64,000 bases of DNA from Octopus sinensis (Eukaryota), in assembly GCF_006345805.1 (NCBI RefSeq), contig NC_043009.1, forward strand, positions 33,852,001-33,916,000, written 5' to 3'. A program made the translations under genes and the position numbers. The notes below the pieces were generated by a model that saw only the letters and a program-made list of their open reading frames with translations, was not told the DNA's origin and did not search any database. This document shows, one piece after another, positions 1 through 12,731 of the stretch (positions are counted from its first letter, which is position 1; each line of letters starts with the position of its first letter).

Positions 1-249
1 AGGAAATTCTGAGATAAGTTTTTTCGAGCCTGGATTTTATAAAGTCGCAGTATTTCTTTCACAGTTAAAATTGGTGGTAATTTCTTCGCTGACATTTTCG
101 ACTGTAATTAATATTAATATAAATAATTATTAAGTCCAAATCGAACATGAAAGTTAAGTAAAAGTCACTGAACCGGTGTAACAGGAAATGTTTCCCTACT
201 TATTTTATGTCATTGTCTATCTGATTCCAAGTTGTTAAATTAGTATCTA

Positions 250-420
250 GAATCGGTTGAGGCGTCGGAATAATAGTTAGCAGTATTTAGTTACTGTTGT
301 TTAGGTTCTGACTTCAAATAGAATCGAGATCAAATGTAGCCTTCTTCCTTCCGGGTCGATTAAATAAGTATCGCTCTAGTACTGAATCGATAAATTCTCT
401 ATAGCTTCCCCACAAATTTG
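250..420 (+). mobile_element. Degenerate SINE, family B
   Basis: Weak match to the copies at 23135 and 36695 (ttctgacttcaaat...gggtcgattaaataagta). Confidence 0.5.
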
Positions 421-522
421 TTGCTGTGTTATTTGTTAGAAATCATATTATTTTATTATCACCTACGATGTTTTCTAATACTTTCTGAAGAGAAAAAAAA
501 CAACAAAATATTTAGTTAATAT

Positions 523-860
523 TTACAACCCATTAACCAAAAATTTCTTTAATTTAGATAAAGTAATGTAAATAAATAAAATATTTCGGAAAAAAAGAAG
601 AAACATGCTCCCCAGAAAAAAATAGTCTGGTGGTGTTAAATCAGGTGATCTTGGTGGCCAAAGTCCCTTCGAAATAATCCATTCAATGGAAAACTCTTGA
701 AGTAGTGCCGTGGTAATGCACAAAGCATGTGCTGTTGCTCCATCTTGCTGAAAGTAAGCATTATTAACTTCACTTCCAGTGAGTTGGCCTACAAATGGAT
801 AGACAATATTTGAGCAATATCTCTTCGTGTCTTCAAAAAGTCTCTCTGTATAACATGTTG
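523..860 (-). mobile_element. Tc1/mariner-superfamily transposase C-terminal fragment (maT/DD37D-like)
   Basis: QQDGATAH and WPPRSPDLTPPDYFFLG motifs. Confidence 0.8.
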
Positions 861-1329
861 TATGTTCACTCAGGGAAATAATAGAAGAAACAAACAGTGA
901 GACTTTATTTCTCTGCTAAATAATTCAGTGGACAAAATAAACACATTATTGGTTTTGGTAGTTGTATAGTCGTCCATTGTTTGGATAATTCAGCTCTGGC
1001 CATCGTTGGTTACATGTGTTTCGTTATATCAGCAGGAAAATAACATGACTCGTCTTCATGAAAATCTCTCTGTCATAGATGTTTTGTTAACTTAATATAT
1101 ATGCAGAGGTAGGCTCCAGCATAGAGTTAAGTTAGTTGTTTTAGAATGGATTATGCATGTGATTGGATCCTCAATCCAATCCTGATTCTGCATAATACTT
1201 GACCAATCAAAGTACAGGACTCAACCAATGTTCCAAACTTAAATGGTAGGTCAGACGGCTGACCATTACAGATTAACGTGTGGAGCCTATAAAAGGCTAG
1301 TCGACTCTAATATCCTGTAATAGAAATTG

Positions 1330-2330
1330 ATCTTGTTACACACTTATTGACTCCACTGAGAAAGTCTTCAGTGCTCACACAGATATCCAGGGACATCTCA
1401 ATGAGCAGTCACAATACCTGCAAGAGGGAGTAGGACAGCCTATAGTTGCTGGAAATATTGTCCCCATGAACCAGCTAGGCTGGGGGCCCTGTAACAGGGT
1501 TTGTGGAGGAATTATGGTCCTTCTGTAACCCATAGAGTGGGAACATTGTTGTTGGATGTTAGTAAATTTTGTGTGATCCAATTTTTTGGTTGGAATATGT
1601 TGCACCACATTCCCATGTATGTCATGAGAAATTTCTCTATTTTTTCATGTTCTTGTGGTGCAACCACTCTCATGTTACTGATGTGTTGTTTCATGGTCCA
1701 CACATAGTTCTGCAGGCTGTCTACTGATGTTCTACAGATTTGTCGATAGAAAGGCATACAATTTCATTGTTCCTAATATGCTGTTTAAACTTTTGCAAGT
1801 CTTTGGCTACCACTGAAACAAGTTGGTGGGCTTCCACTTCACTAAGCTTCGTAGTAGTTTTATTATACTGGTCTAAAGAAAATTTTGCTTCTTCTCACCA
1901 TCCACATATGGTGGGACGCACACATTTTTGTTGAATAGTAAATCATATTGTCATATCAATAGAACTTGTCGTTGGAGTTATAGATGAGAATCTAGGGTGC
2001 CTTTGTTACTATTGTTGTGGTTGCTGCTGTTATTATTGCCATTGATGCTGTGGTGGTTTGGGATGTCCATATTGTTGTCAGTTCTGTTGTTGGTGTGGAG
2101 GATGTGGTTATCAGTTGTCATTGATATCATTGTTGTAAGTATTGTGATAGTGTTGGTTTGTATGTTTCTACCAGAGTTATAATGTCCTAATTTCCATCTT
2201 ATTTTTGTGAATGTTTTTTTTCCATTTCAGAGAGACAATCAATTCTAATGACCTTATATGTAGTGAATTCCAGTGGTAATCCTATGGCACACATTTCATC
2301 TGCATCCAACTGTACTGTTCCATATTTGTT
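1330..2330 (-). mobile_element. Decayed Penelope-like element, N-terminal / pre-RT fragment
   Basis: DEMCAIGLPLEF and TSNNNVPTL motifs; many frameshifts. Confidence 0.55.
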
Positions 2331-2339
2331 GTTGGTGTT

Positions 2340-4750
2340 GTTTGTGTACTGGCGTTAAAGTCATCTGGCAGCCTAAGCCTGACATAACAACCCTGTCAAA
2401 GTTGTTTGGGTACTCACCTTGGTTTTTACCATGTTATGTGCACTGATGCAGTAAATGATGTTGCTAAAAGTGAAGGTAAAGGAGTCGGTGATATGATAGT
2501 GACAATAACGGATACCTGTGAGGATGGCAGTGTTAGAGAGGGAAGGGAAAGTGTGGGAGCAGGAGAATGAGTCAGGTTGGGAGGTGGGATAAGAGAAGAA
2601 AGTGCGGACCAAGAGGTCACACAGGTTGTGGGTTTGTTTGAAGGAGGGAGGGGCTAGGTTGGGGAATATATGCAAGATGAAGGGGTCAGACTGGAGTTAC
2701 TGGAAGGCTTGGAGAATGGTTCATTGGAGGGGCAGGGTGGAGGTGAGGAGAAGCAGAAGACAGACAAGGGCAGGAGCAGGGAGATGGAGAGTAGAGGCAT
2801 GGAACATGCTCTGGCAAGGGCTGTGTGGATAGTGGTGAGGGTATATCCACGAAGGATGAAGTGGCAAGTCATGAGTTGAGACTGAGTCTCAAAGTCATGG
2901 TTGTCACTGCAGAACCTGCACAGACTGAGAAATTGGGAGTAGGGGATGGAAAGCTTGGTGTTGGTAGGGTGGAAGGAGAAGTTAATGTGGGAGTGTGAGT
3001 TGGTGTGTTTGTAGTGAATGGGGGTAGTGAGAACGGAGTGGTGTATGTTAACCAAAATGACAAGAAATGCAATGGAAGGATTGGACAAAAGAGAGGAAGG
3101 AGTCTAGTTGTTTGCAGGAGAGTGAGGTCACACCAGTACAGTCATCAATATAATGACCGTATAGTTCAGGAGTGGGACCACTGAATCATGAGAATATTTG
3201 GGCCTCAATATAGCCAAAAAAGATTTGCATAGTTGGGGCCAATTCTCATTCCCATGGCTACTCCTGAGAACTGTTGGTAAAAATACCCTTCGAGCGAGAA
3301 GCAGTTGAGGGAGAGAACAAGTTCAGCCAGATGAAGAAGAGTGGAGGTATCAGGTTGGGGGTTGGGTGCGAAGATCAAAGAAGTCCTTTGTTGTGTGGGA
3401 TCACTGTATATAGACTTTTGATATCAAGAGTGAAGAGAAGTTTAGAGGAGCCAGGAGGAAAAGAGAAAGAGTTAAAGAGATGGAGAGCATGGTTAGTGTC
3501 GTGGATGTGGGAGGGAAGGGAAGCCACTAGTGGGGTAAGGACATGGTTGGGGTATTTAGAGATCAGTTCCATGGGGCAATTACAGGCGGAGATGATGGGG
3601 TGGATGGGTTGTTGGGCTTGTGGATTTGGGGAAGGAAGTAAATGCTGGGGGTGTGTGGAGTGCAGACAATGAGGTTGGAGGTGGTGGGAGGAAGATGGAA
3701 GAAGGGGACGAGGTCATGGATAGTGGAGGACACAGTCTGTTGGTAGTTAGGTGTGGGCTGGAGGCCAGAGGGCAATAGGAGGTGTCTTGAAGTTGGCGGA
3801 AAGCTTCAGCCTTGTAGAGGTTCACACACCACACCACCATGGCTCCACCCTTGTCGGCTGGTTTTATGATGATGTCTTTGTGGTAACGGAGACAGAGACA
3901 TCAAAGAGATGATAGTTCAGCTGGGGAGATATTAAATAAAATGTTGGAGATGCCTGCGAAAGTTAAATCAGTCCACAACAGGTTGGCAGATGCTTGCATA
4001 ATGATCAGCTGCTTGGAATTGGCCAGGATCTGATGTCCGGTGGGATGGTCAGCGACCCAGTTTGGTGAGGCAGTCCTCTTCATTAGATGCAGGTGGAGTG
4101 TTGTTGAATAGTGCATACAGCCTGACATGGCAGACAAAGCTATGAATGTCTGAAATTCGTTACTGGATGGAGTGAAAAGGATGAAGTGCAGGCCCCTACT
4201 GAGAAGAGAGCACTCTGTCTCAGAGAGGGGAAGATCAGAAGGAATGGTAACAACAGACTGAAGTGGAGAGGGGTGGGAGGCAATGGAAAGCTGGAAGGAG
4301 AGAGAGGAGGAGTAAGTGTGTGGGGTTGGAGTAACGGAAGGGTTGGGATGAGGGGGAATGTATTGGATGGGACAGAATAACGGAGTGGGTCGAATTCATG
4401 TTGTTTAGTGCAAACGAGGAACTTGTGGAAAAAGTGATTTAGTGGAATGTGCAAAGGAAGGTGAAAGACAGGAGACAAAGGTGGAATAAGTGAGAGGGAG
4501 AAGGCAATTGAGAGCATATATTTTGGAGAGATTAGAACGAATGGTGGCATGCATAAGACAGTAGGAAGTAGTACAGAGTATTTGTAGGATGACAGAAGCA
4601 GAGTGGAAAGTGAGGTGGAAATGGGGGCAGAAACCTTTGGGGATGAGGTAGTGGTGAAGGTAGCAACTGAGAAAGGAAATGTGACTACTGAAGCGTGTTT
4701 TTTTGAAAATCAGTAGGGAAGGTAGAGCAGAAATTCTGACTGCCTTCTTC
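2340..4750 (-). mobile_element. Penelope-like retroelement (RT + start of GIY-YIG), decayed
   Basis: IIIKPADKGGAMVVW, LFTLDIKSLYTVIPH, GVAMGMRIGPNYANLF, YIDD, SFKQTHNLCDLLVR, FTFTFSNIIYCIS across shifted frames. Confidence 0.92.
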
Positions 4751-5479
4751 ATCTAAATATACAATATCTGTACACCACTTCAAACATGCTATACATATGT
4801 ATGTGTGTGTGTTTAAATTTAAGTTACAATATATGAATTCAACTAATCTGGTGGTACTCACAAAAAAGTTTCTTAATGTAGCATTCTACAAACTATGTAG
4901 AATATGTAGTACAATACAAAAGAAAAACATAAGGAGTGTATAAAATTATAAATAAAGACAGAAATATACTATGATAAAATTTATTTTGTCATTGGATATT
5001 CATATTTGATAACAATTATTTTGCAGATTAATAAGCATGTATAAATAATTTATTTTATTAAATTTTATCATAAATTATTTACATGTCTGTATTAATATAT
5101 GTACAATTTTTAAATTACTGCAGATATTAAGCTTGATTTTCAGGTTAAAAGAATTCCATGTTTAAAAGTATATCTCAACTGGCAGTGCCCCAGCATGACC
5201 ACAGCCTTAGGGCTGAAACAGATAAAAGAATAACATTTCAAAATGCAGAGAGTAAATTTGTCAAAACATTAAGATATAGAAGACAATAAGAATAGAATTA
5301 GTAGAATTAATAAAATGGTTTTATATGGAAGCAAAAGGAAATTAAGTAAGATATTAAAAAACAGTAGATAATTTTGGTATAAGAGAAGGTTTAACTAGAA
5401 CTGCATGTGCATTTTTCAATTCTAGTTTCATACTTTTTAAGGCAATGCTTATAATATTTTATATATGTACCATATTTCT

Positions 5480-7680
5480 CCTAATGGTGTGGCGGTCTCT
5501 AATAAACTGACACCCGAAAGCCAACCAATTAACATAGTGTGACTGTCACAATATTAAAAAATGTACTATAAAATTGATAATAATTGTCATATTTGTTTAT
5601 TATCATACGGAAAGATAAAATGGTTACAAGAATCTGGTTGAGTGACATGACTTTGCAATATTATGACAAAAATTTCCATAAAAGCTGCAAACCTGACCCA
5701 CAACCTCCCAAAAGTCAAAAAATGGCAGTCATTCACCAGTGAGATAAGTTACTTTGATGGCAGGACCAGATTCATATCCTAATAAGGATACAACCTCAGG
5801 TCAGACTTGAGGTCAGTCATATTCGTGAAAGTGCTACAGCCATTGGTTGATGCACAATCACACTCATTATTGTGTAATTTAGGGTAATTGGCCTCATGTT
5901 TCCTAGTGTACCTGAGCAATGTATTCTCCTCAAACAGGAATGTTTGTTTAACATTTTCAGGCAGCAAATGATAAATGTGCTTCCAAAAATCATGCGCACA
6001 CTTACCTGCCACCAATAATATTTCTCAAGTTGGCTACCAGTTTAGTTCCAGATGAAGATGCAATATCATGAATTTCACAAATGACAATATCATTACTGGA
6101 CTTCATGTATTTGGCCAACAAAGGCAGCTGGTGGATAACCTGTATTGTGCTGTTCACAAAACATGTATTTCTCTCATTGATCAGCGAGATGTAGAGCTTT
6201 GCAACCGTGTTGTCAAATCTAACCTTTTTCAATTTCACTCTCTTTACTCTCTTTTACTTGTTTCAGTCATTTGACTGTGGCCATGCTGGAGCACCGCCTT
6301 TAGTCGAGCAAATCGACCCCGGGACTTATTCTTTGTAAGCCCAGTACTTATTCTATCGGTCTCTTTTGCCGAACCACTAAGTGACGGCGACGTAAACACA
6401 CCAGCATCGGTTGTCAAGCAATGCTAGGGGGACAAACACAGACACATACATATATATACATATATACGACAGGTTTCTATCAGTTTCCATCTACCAAATC
6501 CACTAAGCCTGAGATGCCACGCAGTGGGACTGAACCCAGAACCATGTGGTTGGTTTGCAAGCTACTTACCACACAGCCACTCGCTGTCCATATTAATGAC
6601 AACTTTGTTCTTCTTGGTCGCCTTTTTAGCCAGTTTAATAATTTTAAGCCTCACATTACACAATGGAAATGGCTCCATATTAATGCACTCTCTCAAATAG
6701 TTGTATTCTTTCCAAGCGCTGGAATTGCACAAATTTCAAACTCAATGGATCAAGATCGGTCAAGTGAACATTGCATAGTTTGTGAGCTCTGGACAAGGCC
6801 AAATAAGCCATACCACTGGAGAAAACACCAGTCCCCAAATCAACAATGACACGATGCTTATTCTCTGTGATTTGTGGATAGAAATTGCATATGCAATACA
6901 CAAGGGAAATTGATCTCTCGTAATGAACATACCAGGTGGAAATTTGTAATTGGTTTTGATAGTTGTGATGGAAAAGACTTTGTTTAAACTATCAAAGAGA
7001 ATGTTAATGGAAGCAATCCTTCCAAATTCATAGTTGAGTCTCTTAACAGTTCCAAAGTATCTATGGTAATAATGCTCCAAAGTATCCACGGTCAATCTAA
7101 TGTTTGATGACTTTACAATTCGCTCTTTGACAGAACGGAAATAGCCAAGATTATTTCTCAACCACATTTCTTCATTAGTATTTCTGGCTTTGTTTGGAGG
7201 CATGCATTTGTATTTACTTGCAATCTCATACAAATTCACGTGCTCCATCGAATTGGGTCTGTTTGGATACAAATTTTCCACCATGTTCTCATAATAAAGA
7301 ATGGTGGACTCCGGCTCCAATTGGTCCACTTCATACTGAGGTCTGAACTTATGCGATTGGTAACTAGGCAATATCGCTCCAATCCAAATAATGCTTTCAG
7401 AACACCCATAGTAATGGTGGCCAAGCAGATTGCCAGCAGCTTCATAGGTACCTGTTTCACACTTGCCCATCAACTGAAGTCCGACTCTCTTATACTTTGA
7501 ATAAATGGGCTTGTATTTGTCAATCTCAGCCCAAATGCCTTCAGTGTCACTCTTTTTGGACTTTGTCTGATAACTAGTAATATATCAGTTTAGAATCATG
7601 CCATCTCCACCAATGTACTGTATATTGACATTCACCTTCCAGACATACAGAACAAGAGGGTTATAGTCATTAATGAACTC
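5480..7680 (-). mobile_element. Helitron/Helentron RepHel remnant: end of Rep region, PIF1 helicase motifs V-VI, USP-like tail; internally deleted
   Basis: YNPLVLYVWKVNVNIQYIG..YITSYQTK, TYEAAGNLLGHH, RDQFPLCIAYAISIHKSQ, GMAYLALSR. Confidence 0.88.
6239..6582 (-). mobile_element. tRNA-head SINE, family A (internally deleted), inserted in the Helentron
   Basis: A/B-box-like head gagtggctgtgtggtaag...gggttcagtccc and (gtaaaaga) tail. Confidence 0.92.
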
Positions 7681-7739
7681 TAAAGCCCTAATCCTAACTC
7701 TAAAAGTTGTCTCATAGGAATATCTAGTTGTCTTCTACA

Positions 7740-8500
7740 TCATGTGATGCTATATCCTCTTCTATTTCATCAAAAGCTTTGAGTAATATGTCTCTAAATC
7801 TCTGTCCATTTGCAGGATCCTTAAGCTTCCAGACCCTTCTCCATGCTAGTCGTCTTCAGGACATCCATTTAACCCTGATCTTGAAGTCGCTAACTACTAA
7901 CCTATGTTGTGGGGTGCATTCTTCAGAAGGTTTTAGCATTTATAAGTAGCCATCTTTCCCATTTCCTGGCAAGGATGTATCAATTTGACTAGTTTGTCCA
8001 CCACATCAGTAGGTGAATAGATGACTGACACGTTTCCTGAAGTTAGTATTGCAAACTATAAGATCATTTGCATCACAGAACTCCAGCAGCCTGGTTCCCT
8101 CCTCATTGTAGGAACCAAAACCATAGCCTCCATGTGCACCATGGAAGCTCACCTGCATGTTGTCCAACATACCCATTGAAGTCACCAGCCACAAAGAGAA
8201 GGTCCCTGTCATTCATTGATGAGGTAGTCTGCAAGAGGGTCTCATAAAATTGGTCTTTCTGTTCATCAGGTAGCCCTGGCTGAGGGGCTTAAGCTGAGAT
8301 AATGGTTGCTAAACCATGTTGCAGCACTAATCTAATCTTAAGTATTCTATCACAGACTCTGACCACCTCGATTACCTTATCAACCCATTTCTCTGCAAGA
8401 AGTATACCCACACCCCCGACCCTGTCAGTGTTCCTTGCCCAGAAAATATTATACCTATGTTCCTTGCCTGTGAGGAACCTAGCAGAACTTCCTCTCCACC
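7740..8500 (-). mobile_element. RTE-clade LINE, apurinic endonuclease fragment
   Basis: HGGYGFGSYNEEGTRLLEFCDANDLIVCNTNFRK, ECTPQHRLVVSDF, IISAYAPQ. Confidence 0.9.
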
Positions 8501-8513
8501 TTACTTCTTGGAC

Positions 8514-8670
8514 TCTGGGTGTAAGGTTTTAGCACCTGTAGAGTACAAACCAAGACATAACAGAGTTGGCCAATATCTACACTGGAAAGACAAAGTTGAC
8601 CTCGGTGGAATTTGAACACAGAATGTGGAGACCGGCAAAATGCCACTAAGCATTTCACCCAGTGTACTAA
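8514..8670. mobile_element. 75-bp R4/Dong-like fragment (+) abutting a family-B SINE 5' half (-)
   Basis: SGCKVLAPVEYKPRHNRVGQYLHWK at 8514-8588, then aaagttgacctcggtggaatttgaac. Confidence 0.7.
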
Positions 8671-8911
8671 CACTTATAGTAGTAGTAGTTGCCAATCTAT
8701 TACCCTAGTCTGTCTTTCATCTTTTCAGGATGGAAGACATATTTAGGCTCACAAGAGCCAGAAAGAGTATCCATGAAGTACTTAATGTAATTTTAACAGC
8801 TCTGTCAATTTGCTGCCTTACTTAAAAGCAACATAGATGAAAAATATTCAGACATTATTACCTTTTATAGATTGCAGTTTTTTACTAATTGTTTATTCCT
8901 CATAAAGTTCT

Positions 8912-9014
8912 CTAGTCACCATCTTGGTCCAAGCTAGGCAAATTTCGAATGCCAACTGTTTTTTTCATCGGTCCTTTGCGAGGGTCCAAGACTCTGTGAT
9001 TTTCTCTTACATTC
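8912..9014 (-). CDS. CCDC169: CCDC169 terminal exon
   Basis: atattccag|G AAT GTA ... GAC TAG; NVRENHRVLDPRKGPMKKTVGIRNLPSLDQDGD*; AATAAA at 8892-8897 just downstream. Confidence 0.93.
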
Positions 9015-11110
9015 CTGGAATATTTTCAGAAATACATCAATTACTAGTAAAAAAAAAGGGTGGAGGCATGCAGGTATTTTTGTAAAAACATGTTGAAGAA
9101 TAAAATCAAAGCAGACAGGAACTCTACCCTTCAGTTCTACAACATAGGAACCTCTATGTAGTTGCTTGTTCTGCAAGAAAAAGCAGCCAAATTTCTCCTA
9201 AATTGTGCTTAACTATCATTAAAAAAGGAAGATAAATTCAACAACTAAATCCAATGATGTAAACAGCGGTAGCACTGTGTAGCCGATGAATGTCCTCTGT
9301 GAAATATTATTTTGTGCTATTCAGGAAAAGTCCAACACTCGTCTGTTTAATACTGAGGGTAATGTGAGATAAGCATTGGCTGTATATATCCTTGTGATTC
9401 AAGAAAGATTAACATTTAGTTTTGGACATCTCATTCCTTCATATTTTAGTTCTAGCAGTTCCCACTGTCATCATTGCCCTTAAATTTACTCTTTTACTTG
9501 TTTCAGTCATTTGACTGCGGCCATGCTGAAGCACCGCCTTTAGTCGAGCAAATCGACCCCGGGACTTATTCTTTGTAAGCCCAGTACTTATTCTATCGGT
9601 CTCTTTTGCCGAACCGCTAAGTGACGGGGACGTAAACACACCAGCATCGGTTGTCAAGCAATGCTATGGGGACAAACACAAACACACACATATATATACA
9701 TATATACGACAGGCTTCTTTCAGTTTCCATCTACCAAATCCACTAAGGCATTGGTCAGCCTGGGGCTATAGCAGAAGACACTTGCCCAAGATGCCACTCA
9801 GTGGGACTGAACCCAGAACCGTGTGGTTAGTTAGCAAGCTACTTACCACACAGCCACTCCTGTGCCTATTGTATCAAATCACTTATATACTCTTCACAGA
9901 GTTTTCCTTTTCTAAATTTATTCTTTTATTCTTTTACTTGTTTCAATTGCTGAACTGCAGTCATGTTGGGGCACCACTTTGACGGGTTTTCAACCAATCA
10001 AACCAACTCCAGTCTGGTGCTTATTCCATTAAGTCTGGTTTATGCTACCAACTGCTAAGTTATGCAGATATAAACAAATCTATACCAGTTCTCAAGAGGT
10101 GAGGGACAAATGCAAATACATAAAAATATATCCATACACACATTCACACAGAGATGCAGAATAGAATGTGAATGTTAAATGATGAAATGATGATAACACA
10201 TATGTATATCACTTTCAAGTTATCTCTACAGATATTCTATAGAATTTAGAGCCAGTACTGAAAGTTATGATGTTTCATATGCAAAGACATGTATGTAAAC
10301 AATGTGATCGAAGAGACAAACATTGGTAATGGGCATATATGCATATTTTAAGAGTTATTGATCCTTCTTTGGTACCGTGTCCACAAACACACTGTTTAAA
10401 TAGCCACTAAGTTTAGCAGTGTAACATTATTGGATAGACCAATTTAAATATTAGACACATTCCTGGCATGAGAGATAAGCATAGTGCATGAAAAAGGGGA
10501 AATGTGAAGAAGAGAATAGAAGAAATAGTTTGGTTTATTGGGGTAGGGTGTGCAGAAAAATTCTATTGTTACATGTAAGCGGACGCAGTATTTCAAGAAC
10601 TGTTTCACTGAAACGAGCAGGACCATACATCTGTTTTTCATGCTGGCATGTTTTAGACAAAATTCATCAAAACCTTGTGTGTGAATGTGGAAGAAATACA
10701 CATACAGATATATAATATATGTATATACTTCAGCAAGTTAACTTAACAACAATGTAACCTTCATATAATTAAGCTATCTTTGGCCTGATGTGTACCTTGT
10801 TGAGAAATTATTACATCAGCAGATCTGCTAGCTAGAAACATATGTAGCCTGGATTTTACCAGCTCCACTCCCTCAATTTAGATTTGGATGCTAAATCATG
10901 ATGATGACGATTATGATTCATATCAACTCAAGTTGCTGACTGTGAGCTATAAAAAAATGTTTTTCAGCTTACCAAACTTTGATATGGGAAAGGCCTAGAA
11001 CCTTCAACACCAATAAATTATTATTGTTCCTAATCATTTGTCTTTTACACCTACCATTGACAGCTTGGAGCTAACAAACTTCCTACACTTAGATCCTTGG
11101 ATCTTATAAT

Positions 11111-11148
<38 letters not shown>

Positions 11149-12697
11149 TTGACCAACCAAACCATCAGATGTTGTTACACATCGCTGGTCACAATGCGTT
11201 CGCATTGTTTTAGCCTTCGAATGACGCCACTCCGCTGGCTAAGCGAGCAGGCCAACAGAAGAAAGAGTGGTGAAAGAGTACAGCAGGGATCACCACACCC
11301 TGCCGGAACCTCATGGAGCTTTAGTTGTTTTCGCTCAATAAACACTCACAACGCCCGGTCTGGAAATCGAAACCGCGATCCTACAATTGCGAGTCCGCTG
11401 CACTAACCACTGGGCCATTGCACCTCAACATATATATATATATATAAATATAGACATATAAACTTACCCATCTTCATCCCGTTGTTGTCTTGGGCTGTGG
11501 AGCTGGTCATTTTGTTGGTTCATCTGTGCAGCCATGGCATAATTGTGTGCATAATGGCTGGTGATATTGTTGTATCGCTGTTTCATCTTTAAGTCTTCTA
11601 ATGTACTCTTGGTAATGTTAATCTCCAGGATGTACTGTTTACGTTCATCATTAGCTTTATGATATGCCTGTAATTTTAAGCATTAAAAAAAACTACAGTG
11701 TTAATAGCTTAATGGAACATTTTTATCAGTGTTAAAATTTATTTAATTCTTACTCACAGCACAAACTTAAAAATAATAACACTAAGAAATATAGAAATAT
11801 AAAGACTTTGAAGCAGCAGGAATATGGACAGTGAAAGTAAAAATATCTTTTCAAAAACTAGATTTTGATAGTTTCACTCTCCAGTGAACATTAGTAAATT
11901 TTATTTATCAAAGAATAGAATAAAGCTTGGCATGGAGTGCCAACTAGTTTATGACATCCCACTTTGAAGACTACCTTCATGCAATTCTAGAACAAGGGAT
12001 TCCCACTAAGTACCTGCAACATAAAAGGTAGAAAACATCGACAGACCACAAATGTAGGCAGTGTAAAATCAAGACTGAAGACATCAACCATATTATTGCT
12101 AAGAGCAAGAAAATGTCTTTCTGATATTATTTTCCTACAACGGATAATATGGTGGCTAGAGTAGCCTTGAACAAGATAACAAAAAGGAAAACAGCAACAG
12201 ACAAAGTTGACTATATTGAGACTGATAGGTCAAAAGAATATTGGTTAAACATAATAAATTAAAACAGTCACACAAGAAAAAGATATGCTTTGTTGTGGAA
12301 ATCAGCTGCCCTCTGGACAGCAATGAGATTAGGAAAATACAGGAGAAAGAGTACACCAAGAGACCATTGATAAGGGGTTTGCAAATCCAATACCCAAAAT
12401 ACACTTTCAGTTTCATACTTATTATTATTGGAGAGCAGAATACATACCAACCCATCTGAAACAAAATATGGCTGAACTTGGGTTCTTCAGGAGAGAACGT
12501 AACGCAACGAATGATCAAGATATCTGGGACTACAAAAAATCTGCAAGACCATCTTAAGATTTAAAAGATGATGAACATAACAAGATGCTTTCCTTCACAA
12601 ACCTTGCTATAAACAAGTGGTTAGTCACACTAAATTAAATAGAGAAAGAGAAAAACATATATGCATGCATACAAACATATATTCATTCATTCATTCA

Positions 12698-12731
<34 letters not shown>

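Noticed and set aside
1200-1295. Two CCAAT boxes and TATAAAA on the + strand
   Set aside because: No downstream gene identified; probably a transposon terminal promoter, cannot be assigned.
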